Shown: piece by piece, positions 22,501 through 26,145 of the stretch | Position numbering within the stretch: position 1 is the first letter of the stretch | Layout of the letters: every line of letters starts with the position of its first letter | NCBI GenBank assembly: GCA_003510795.1 | Contig: DOKP01000063.1 | Span: 1-34,367, forward strand | Reading direction: 5' to 3' | Source: Candidatus Moraniibacteriota bacterium | GTDB lineage: Bacteria > Patescibacteriota > Minisyncoccia > Moranbacterales > UBA9337 | Length of the DNA: 34,367 nucleotides | Position numbers and translations under genes: made by a program | Notes under the pieces: generated by a model | Told to the model about the DNA's origin: nothing | Databases searched by the model: none | Seen by the model: the letters and a program-made list of their open reading frames with translations, nothing else

Positions 22501-22769
22501 CGATGCCCAAAGATGAAAATCATGATTGGATTGATGACGATACGCATGAGCCCATTATTAATAATGGAAAGAAAGTAATCGTTCCTACTAAAGCTGTAAG
22601 TAAAAATAGTAAGATATTTGTCACCTCTACTTCAGCCGCTATTATTCAACCATTGGCAGTAGTAGATATCAAAGAAGGTGAAAGCTTCACAATCGAAACA
22701 AATGACGGCATAGAAGTCGACAACGCTTTGGAATTCAATTGGTGGATTGTGGAAGAAGGGAAAGAATAA
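10518..22769 (+). CDS. giant (4083 aa) secreted tail-fibre-like repeat protein with a peptidase-G2/IMC-like C-terminal region, coiled coil and acidic Asp-rich tail
   Basis: Uninterrupted 12.25-kb ORF with an N-terminal signal/TM (VIFFATVGVLLAGFVFGLNLVKAQ). At least 8 modules begin with DISSETNL / DIDISDYTNL and contain LP[VI][AG]NGGTGA..LNDLITLG, a phage-tail-fibre-like GGTG motif. GADYAEYF...IMGIVSSNPSVIGN...IGDGL starting near nt 21588 resembles the peptidase G2 / intramolecular-chaperone autocleavage domain of phage appendage proteins. A heptad-like segment spans ~21990-22260, and the tail is DxD-rich. Confidence 0.85.
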   Translation: MFFGKKNKIRVIFFATVGVLLAGFVFGLNLVKAQTIKTTKGTLDISAYILNQENKEIPNGKYQVRFAIYSKDRSEKDPYPSDDDKNSRIWEEEQEVEISSGVFNTYLGLVSALPENIDLAASEYYLGIRIGEDSESIPRKKIGYVPSAINAINSVNSTFVNGATTGIAQGNILLLGKNGKIDLDRLPTGTDANSLVLGDDGRLHDQNTDTGTNSTEFNIGNGTGVNSNFNLTVSNASNKPAIRFNGLSQKWELSNDGTTFAELGGGSALQSQIDQRALIGHTHSTADIISGTLSASRGGTGLDGAFATDGQLLIGNGTGYSLGNLSSSDSSIVITNGSGAIDLVSSLGTNVDISSETNLTASGLLLNLTGDNLSINEGILTDGMLCTYSSTDGLICDTLSSSVGHAPVSIGSPANGLSVNGAQTISLALASATTNGALSSSDWNIFNNKVSSQWITTGSDIYYLAGNVGIGTSSIAERLTVAGNIQLSGSIFATNTSQDIGTATERFRYGYFENLDVNNISVGGLDISGSIANIFTINSNNATNDTEDSFLAFDRGENGGVSNLPATIQWDSANDIFVTNYPLSISGNATAAGFSVGGETITDWTGTGMIISGGALTTSLGTAIDISSETNLAVGGTLLTRADDTLSLREGFLANGRLCTYDTTSGLVCNTDSATVGHNALTINATANGLSVNASQVLSLALASTSTIGALSDTDWDTFNNKQNALTLGNITGTTNRVSVAGGTGAIIGTGVTLNLPQDIATTSTPTFGGLTVSGNQTITGSLGIRESTGATFYTYFQGGDQSGNITYTLPTGAPASDGYVLTSAANGTMSWQSVSGTGGTTGTGSANQVTYWTGTSTLAGENQLNVSRGGTGIDGSTVANGRLLIGNGTGYTLANLTSADSSIVITNGAGSINLVSSLGTAIDISSETNLTGDAEIVLTGDSLSIAASIARDSELHSAVTLSGQTYLSLVGQALTASQINLTSHVTGTLPVANGGTGATSLNDLITLGTHTAGNYISTVTGNTQIVVGGVGAENATATLSIGADSIGDTQLAFNTGQHLATTNSPTFAGLTLNGNQTLNGTLAIREGGGTPTNYTTFVGGVQSADVTYTLPTGAPSSNGYFLSAQTDGTLAWQSISGAGGMNSFSLSADTGTTQTIGDSETVNILGGTNLASTIDASNNVTLNLDSTLTGVTWNGNDIDISDYTNLSGNAEIVLTGDSLSIAASIARDSELHTIATVSGTPNYITLSGQDIVRSLINLTSHVTGTLPVANGGTGAITLNDLITLGTHTTGSYVNTITGNTQIVVGGVGAENATATLSIGADSIGDTQLEFNTGQNLTTTSSPTFAGLTLNGNQTVNGTLAIREGGGTPTNYTTFVGGVQSADVTYTLPVAGGNDGEVLKTDASGNLYWALVAGGTGGIGTVTSVSSGNGLTGGPITGSGTLSINLLSTDTDSATASSYSGMEFVGGQLSLIRGCGANEVMGWDNTNGVWKCTSVSGTGGTTGSGLAGHIPYWSSASNLTYDSNGDFFWDVANNRLGIGTTSPVTALDVNGTITTTGLTLNGNQTLNGTLAIREGGGTPTFYTTFQGADQLGNITYILPASNTNGLLRNTAGVLSWDTNSYLTANQTITLTGDVTGSGTTSIDTIVGDDSHAHTSTTLPASISYLGSQIDISSETNLSGDTEIVLTGDSLSIAASIARDSELHTIATMSGTPDYITLVGQDIVRGLIDLTSDIIGTLPIANGGTGATSLNDLITLGTHTAGNYINTITGNTQIVVGGVGAENATATLSIGADSIGDTQLEFNTGQNLTTTSSPTFAGLTVSGNQTVTGTLGIRESTGATFYTYFQGADQIGNVTYTLPSGAPVADNYVLTSAMDGTLAWQSSGAVGAVNGNGAANQVAYWTGVGTIAGENQLNVSRGGTGVNASAIADGQLLIGNDTANNYTLATLTPGDGINITNGAGSITVASTLGTSIDISSETNLAGDSEIVLDSDSLYIAASIARDSELHDSMTLSGESYLSRVGQALTANQINLASHVTGTLPIANGGTGAVTLDNLITLGTHTTGSYVNTITGNTQIVVGGVGAENATATLAIGADSIGDTQLEFNTGQNLTTTSSPTFVGLTLNGNQAITGTLGIRESDGATFYTYFQGADQIGNVTYTLPSGAPVADNYVLTSATDGTMSWSLVSGVGGMSSFSLAADTGTTQTIGNTETVSILGGTNIASTIDASNNVTLNLDSTLTGVTWNGTDIDISDYTNLAGDTEIVLTGDSLSIAASIARDSELHSEVTLGGESYLSRVGQALTANQINLASHVTGTLPIANGGTGATTLNDLITLGTHTAGNYVQSITNGDGILGGNGGSEGSALTLSIDALTTGTTLTTFSNSGLETTADGVRLIGGCNDGQILTWDADDVRWECTTNTAGSSDWTDDGTATYLTDVTNDFIIGGTSLASSMFGVDESAGAFYFGSDASANPSFNFTATDSDTGTFGFNDNDAFYFSGANVGIGIAAPTEALHISGGNILLDNTYSLKWSAGPQITGGPSMTIDGGTNVLNFRGNSTNHTFISVGGNWGLGDATPESRMEISANGGATDLFMLSSNDDLNGDLFVVKNSGYVGIGDTTPASLFTVGDGDLFQINSSGQVVAGTWNGTDIDISDYTNLAVDGSGEIVLTGDTLSIAASIARDAELHDAMTLSGESYLSRVGQALTAAQINLASHVTGTLPVGNGGTGLSAYGTSNQIMGMNAAGNALEYKTVSGTANQITVTNAVNSLTLSLPQDIATTSSPTFAGVTLSGLTPGSIPFIGTGGIVSQDNLNLSWNDASNYLYLGSAFSFGIDATDSNKFKIYSGNGIAGTSEFSIDENGVTSIANLELGELAFNDDSGAISWIDMGVTSGAVDNTIESYTAQLDGNPMLTIYGLSDGLGGVDNLGVGIGTVTPTAKLHIAAGMATAGGAPLKLTSGTNLTTPEAGAFEYDGTNLYFTPNTTREEVAFMSDITASAVTLTNSPATYDYLTISDQAITLNQINLTTDVTGTLPVGNGGTGLTSYGAANQIMGMNAAGDALEYKTVSGTANQVTITPAANSLTLSLPQDIHTAANPTFAGLTLSGLTAGSIPFIGTGGIVSEDNDNLFYDVTNHYLGLGTTTPTYMLDIAGASGLSNLFRISSAGSDIMTVTDTQTTFSNPVAFGSVGDVSMAYDLVMSNSSSANINFNGSGYIQTTSAWQNLDLTLSAANDGYIVAADTLLNDVDLSAVTAGEYYGTNIDVDSTGIFTTGTTNIYGINSNATASGISTGGTVNTYGGYFSATGENTGAATTNAYGLYVNGATGADNNYSAAFMNGNVGIGTATPTYNLEIADDSSELYSFYANKSNGNTDSSVIRASGTSNTTGVRSSAVGGWALRGDHAGTASGGALQLYSGSITSSVLAYFTQASSVFSGDALVMNMGRGGGSFTGNFINLQVNDSSLFTINASGQVVAGTWMGATIGVGYGGTGTSTAFTTGSIPFAGAGGVYTQDNSNFFWDNSTKRLGIGTNTPGSMLDLFGVNNQLRFSYDISNYATLSADNTGALVMSGSGASGSKITIGSGLAEDSLAIFDGNAQDFHLGLDDTDDIFKIGLGGALGTTDFLSMDANGRIGIGTVAQTALLHLNGTEGVVGLEINSNQTTSTNNIMMLRSDVASADDAVFRVQANGAVYADGAYTGTGADYAEYFFTKNKDLVAGETVCIDEENNNAIKRCSRSGDTNIMGIVSSNPSVIGNGQDDRENDENYKVIGMLGQIPARVNDENGAIKIGDGLAAANMPGYLRKAEAGESTVGIALEKLVSGDSTIQVMISRRNKSLTVETVEQSIQDRIANMEIEDQVNQIIANGAEMLEVRSSLASLELAVTGNGLLVTDIQIQMNQIKEQIREIDFVEMNDKLDTLLSFLDASDGNVKIDGKLEVAITETGALVIKNIDLEAPTIGTGKICGLIADTKDENGNYDNIDDCSGNKIPYDKDGDQMNDWTNNTEPMPKDENHDWIDDDTHEPIINNGKKVIVPTKAVSKNSKIFVTSTSAAIIQPLAVVDIKEGESFTIETNDGIEVDNALEFNWWIVEEGKE
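13287..18560 (+). repeat. array of ~0.83-1.4 kb intragenic repeat modules with long near-identical DNA stretches
   Basis: Module starts lie near 13287, 14109, 15525, 16431, 17250 and 18450, with degenerate copies near 11571 and 12390. For example, the 56-nt gctgaaatagttcttaccggagattctctaagcatcgctgccagtattgccagaga is identical at 13319 and 14148. A ~60-nt stretch (...catgtgacaggaacactccccgtagctaacggcggaaccggagc) is identical near 13450 and 14290. Confidence 0.85.
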
Positions 22770-22770
22770 T

Positions 22771-22809
22771 TCTTTGGATTTTTCGATGGGCGGGACGAGT
22801 TGGTGTGAG
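22771..22809 (+). pseudogene. 13-codon relic of the dockerin-like C-terminal module (SLDFSMGGTSWCE)
   Basis: atgggcgggacgagttggtgtga at 22786-22808 is an exact 23-nt match to 34340-34362, the 3' end of the gene at 32513-34366. The relic translates as SLDFSMGGTSWCE versus SLGLSMGGTSWCE. It begins 2 nt after the giant gene's stop and has no upstream ORF of its own. Confidence 0.7.
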
Positions 22810-22853
22810 TGGATCATTTTGCAATTAAAGTAATAATTTTTCTAAGTATTCTA

Positions 22854-24590
22854 ATGATGAAAGAAATAAAATTGATAATTATTTTAGTTTCTTTGATATT
22901 TTATCTGGGAGTGTCCGCTAAAAATGTTTTTGCCGCGGACTTCTATATCTCACCGACCGGGAATGATTCTAATAACGGGCAGACTTCCAGCACTCCTGTG
23001 GCGACATTCGCGCATGCTGAAACACTTCTCAATGCTGGCGATACACTCATTCTGATGGACGGGATATATAATCAGCAACTCCACCCGAGAAAATCAGGCA
23101 CTGAAGGGAACCCTATTACGTATATGGCGCAAAATCGGGGACAGGCGATAATCCAGATGACAACGCCTGGAGAAGCCATTCTTCTAGCCAGTAATTCAAG
23201 CGGTTATCCGGGGGGAGCGTTTTACTGTCACGACATTACCATCGATGGCCTGATTGCGAGGAGTAATGGAGAATATAATACAATTGTGATTAATAGCTGG
23301 GATTCTGCAACTGAAGCAGAAATGGTAAAACGCATTATAATCAGGAACATAGGAGCGTTCGGGTCGGCTCTTGACGCCAACGCCGCTGCCGTAGCAATAG
23401 GAAATAACGCTACTTATATTACCATTGAGGACAGCTTTGCCTACGGCATAGGTCGGGCAGCAATGATTGCTTTTGGTTCGAGTCATATAACCGTCAGGCG
23501 AGTCGTTTTGAGGTATGATTACTGGCGGGGAACAGGGAAAATAAACGATCCAAGGAGAGCATTTTCAGGATATAACACCCAAGACTCAGTTTTTGAAAAT
23601 ATTATAGTTCTCGATGGGGCGCCGATGCCCCCAGAAGTGAGCTGCGATATGGCGGGAATGGTTGCCAGTGGGAATTTGACTCCGGCGTACGTAACACATA
23701 GTGCCAGAAACAAATATTTAGGATCGATTGTTCTCAATACTGTTGGTAATGGTTTGTTAACAAATGGTGGTGGGTCGCCTAATGAAGATCAGCAATTTAA
23801 AGATTTGATATTTCATAAAGTTACCGGCTATGGTGCTGTTGTTGAACAGCTAGAGACAAGGGGAATATATGAATATATTACAATCAAAAACTCTGGGGCA
23901 CTTGGATTTAAAACAGGGACTAATGGTGTGTCAGACGAAACCATTAAAAACTTTTTTATTGACACTACAGGTGGGGTTGGATTTTATTTAGAAAATCCTT
24001 CTGCTGTAACCACGTTTGTAGATAATACAGCTATCAATCTTGTATCTGGTAGTCCAATCGAGGCATCATATGCTCCAACATTAGATTATCTCACTAGGCC
24101 CACAATGGTAACTGGACATGAGCGCGGTGGAACTATGGTAAACCGTTACGTCGATGGCAACTTGACATCAATCCCTTTGTGGCCATGGCCCAATGAGGAT
24201 TTAATCAGGGAAAATATGTGTGATCCTGATGATTTAATTACTGCCCATCGAACATCAGCCAATGGCGCAGGATGGGAACCTGAGTGGTGCGCTTCCAACA
24301 AAACATTAACAGAACATATTTGGGAATACTTGGGCAATGAATGTCCTGAAGAAATATGCGGAGCAATATCTATCCGCTCGGACGTCGACAATTCTTCCGC
24401 CACCAACACCACTGACGCACTTCTGACTCTCCGCAATTCCCTCGGCCTTTCCATGGACGGTACGGCGTGGCAAGTGGGAGCGACAACTGGCGACGTGGAT
24501 TGTAGTGGTGCTTCCAATTCGACTGATGCACTTTTAATTCTTCGATATTCTTTGGGACTCTCGATGGATGGGACGAGTTGGTGCGAATAA
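22854..24590 (+). CDS. secreted right-handed parallel beta-helix (pectin-lyase-fold) protein with a C-terminal double dockerin-like module
   Basis: Signal peptide MMKEIKLIIILVSLIFYLGVSAKNVFAA from the ATG at 22854 (the track start at 22809 is GTG). DFYISPTGNDSNNG...AGDTLILMDGIY is the typical beta-helix N-cap. The C-terminus has two EF-hand-like segments, DVDNSSATNTTDALLTLRNSLGL and GDVDCSGASNSTDALLILRYSLGL. Confidence 0.8.
   Translation: MMKEIKLIIILVSLIFYLGVSAKNVFAADFYISPTGNDSNNGQTSSTPVATFAHAETLLNAGDTLILMDGIYNQQLHPRKSGTEGNPITYMAQNRGQAIIQMTTPGEAILLASNSSGYPGGAFYCHDITIDGLIARSNGEYNTIVINSWDSATEAEMVKRIIIRNIGAFGSALDANAAAVAIGNNATYITIEDSFAYGIGRAAMIAFGSSHITVRRVVLRYDYWRGTGKINDPRRAFSGYNTQDSVFENIIVLDGAPMPPEVSCDMAGMVASGNLTPAYVTHSARNKYLGSIVLNTVGNGLLTNGGGSPNEDQQFKDLIFHKVTGYGAVVEQLETRGIYEYITIKNSGALGFKTGTNGVSDETIKNFFIDTTGGVGFYLENPSAVTTFVDNTAINLVSGSPIEASYAPTLDYLTRPTMVTGHERGGTMVNRYVDGNLTSIPLWPWPNEDLIRENMCDPDDLITAHRTSANGAGWEPEWCASNKTLTEHIWEYLGNECPEEICGAISIRSDVDNSSATNTTDALLTLRNSLGLSMDGTAWQVGATTGDVDCSGASNSTDALLILRYSLGLSMDGTSWCE
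24372..24590 (+). repeat. conserved 3' dockerin-like module, copy 1
   Basis: About 215 nt, roughly 85% identical by eye to 34146-34366, while the upstream parts of the two genes are unrelated in sequence. Confidence 0.8.
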
Positions 24591-24658
24591 ATTGAAAAAC
24601 TCCCCCTTTTATGCGATAATTGAAATATAAAATAACTAGCTAAATATCAAAAAAATAA

Positions 24659-25315
24659 ATGAAAAAAATAAAAGCCTATTGGCAAAAAAATCCCAAGAAA
24701 AGAAAATTGATGATGTTTGGGGTAGTAGTTGTAGGTATGGCTTTATCTTTCGGATTGTATGCCTTGGCGCAGTCGTTTATCGACAGTTTTCTGGACACAA
24801 CCAGAATTGCCAATACTTGGAATGTAAATGTGGACACTGGGGCGGGAGAAATCAAACTGGCTGATAAAACTTGCGATGACGGCGTGTGGTTTTGCTCTCT
24901 ATCGACCACTTGTACCAACAGTCTGGGAGATGGCACCAATATTATCGTCAAAAGAGTTAATGAAACCGGTAGCAAACAATGGAAACCGGCCAACACGGCT
25001 TGCGACAAACCAAATTGCGCGACTGACGGCGGGCAAGACGGAGATAATCTGGTGGCGGATAACACGGTCAACTTCTCTGGTTATCCCGCGCAGGATGCTT
25101 GCAAGATGGCAGGTGGTAGGTTGCCCACTATCAGCGAATTGCAATGCATCTATGCTAACCGTACGATTTTTGGAAATAATTTTGGCACGAGCTATTACTG
25201 GAGTGCGACAGAGGGCTCTACGACGTACGCCCGCCTCGTGAATTTCAATGACGGCAATTCGAACTACAACCTTAAGACGAATAGCTACTCAGTCCGCTGT
25301 GTGCGAGGTTGGTAA
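24659..25315 (+). CDS. DGR target protein: membrane-anchored, Cys-rich, C-terminal DUF1566 / C-type-lectin-like domain carrying the variable region
   Basis: N-terminal TM (LMMFGVVVVGMALSFGLYALA). GGRLPTISELQCIY...YYWSATE...VNFNDGN...YSVRCVRGW matches the DUF1566 (Lcl C-terminal-like) pattern. The last 44 codons are the VR. The gene is noticeably more GC-rich than its neighbours, which produces several spurious overlapping ORFs. Confidence 0.9.
   Translation: MKKIKAYWQKNPKKRKLMMFGVVVVGMALSFGLYALAQSFIDSFLDTTRIANTWNVNVDTGAGEIKLADKTCDDGVWFCSLSTTCTNSLGDGTNIIVKRVNETGSKQWKPANTACDKPNCATDGGQDGDNLVADNTVNFSGYPAQDACKMAGGRLPTISELQCIYANRTIFGNNFGTSYYWSATEGSTTYARLVNFNDGNSNYNLKTNSYSVRCVRGW
25181..25313 (+). 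other. DGR variable region (VR) with putative IMH at its 3' end
   Basis: Aligns without gaps to 25536-25668 (offset 355). There are 11 mismatches in 25181-25308, at 25193, 25214, 25215, 25226, 25235, 25236, 25265, 25271, 25272, 25286 (10 positions) plus none elsewhere; counting both bases of each doublet gives 11, and every one corresponds to an A in the TR. Confidence 0.95.
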
Positions 25316-25535
25316 TTTGGAAAATTTGGAATTTGGAAAATAAAAATAAAATGGGTCAGATTTTTTTGGATATTTGTATTTTTTCTCGGTATTGAATATA
25401 AATAATCAAAAAAGAGATGAAAAAACATTTACCACGATCTTAATCCAAACAAAAAGTTTGATAAAATGTCAGGTAATAATTTTTAATATTTTTTTAAATC
25501 TTATTGCCGCAGGATGGTACTGTGTTAAGATTTTA

Positions 25536-25668
25536 TTTGGCACGAGCAATTACTGGAGTGCGACAGAGAACTCTACGACGAACGCCCGCAACGTGAATTT
25601 CAATGACGGCAATTCGAACAACAACAATAAGACGAATAGCAACTCAGTCCGCTGTGTGCGAGGGTAGT
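25536..25668 (+). ncRNA. DGR template region (TR)
   Basis: A non-mutated, A-rich copy of the VR. Seven AAY codons (AAT/AAC) in the TR correspond to TAT, GGC, TAC, CTC, TAC, CTT and TAC in the VR. It lies in the 422-nt gap between the target gene and avd. Confidence 0.9.
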
Positions 25669-25737
25669 CATTATTTTTTCTGTTTTGAATAAGAATCAAA
25701 ACACCCATTTTATTTAAATTAATTAAATATATTTTCT

Positions 25738-26145
25738 ATGCCAAAAACCGACCAGCTCCCAATATATTTAAAGTTGTGGTTGCTTTTGAAATATTCTTAT
25801 AAAATGACGGGCAATTTCCCAAGAAATCATAAACATACTATCGGTCAAGACCTCTTGAATTTAGGTTGGCAATGTATTGATTTAATTTTTATCATAAATT
25901 CCGCTGATAATGAAAAAAAGAATGGTTCAATCAAACAACTTAGTCTAAAATTTGATCAATTAAAAATGCGATTCAGAATGGTTGCTGAAACGGAAATTAT
26001 ATCCCCAAAACAATTAGCCCATATCTATGAAAATTATCTTTATCCAATCGGCGACCAAATCGGCGGTTGGCAAAAATGGGCGATTGAGGAAGAGGCTAAA
26101 AGTATAAATAATAAAACTATCAATAATGATGCAGACAATATTTAA
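25738..26145 (+). CDS. avd: DGR accessory variability determinant (Avd), four-helix-bundle protein
   Basis: 135 aa and basic. LPIYLKLWLLLKYSYKMTGNFPRNHKHTIGQDL...QLKMRFRMVAE...ISPKQLAHI...IGDQIGGWQKW matches the Avd / 23S-IVS four-helix-bundle pattern (fPK..k..lg, GGW.K). It overlaps the RT start by 20 nt. Confidence 0.8.
   Translation: MPKTDQLPIYLKLWLLLKYSYKMTGNFPRNHKHTIGQDLLNLGWQCIDLIFIINSADNEKKNGSIKQLSLKFDQLKMRFRMVAETEIISPKQLAHIYENYLYPIGDQIGGWQKWAIEEEAKSINNKTINNDADNI

Noticed and set aside
24676-25241. Several overlapping alternative-frame and antisense ORFs of 61-137 aa within the DGR target gene
   Set aside because: They lie wholly inside a CDS with clear domain motifs. They arise because this segment is GC-richer and poor in stop codons, and their translations are low-complexity with no recognisable motifs.
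25374-25667. 97-aa plus-strand ORF that could be annotated as a small DUF1566-like protein
   Set aside because: Only its last ~43 codons resemble the target gene, and they are the Asn-codon-rich template region of the DGR. The N-terminal part is low-complexity AT-rich sequence starting on a non-ATG codon with no signal peptide. It is best explained as the non-coding TR.
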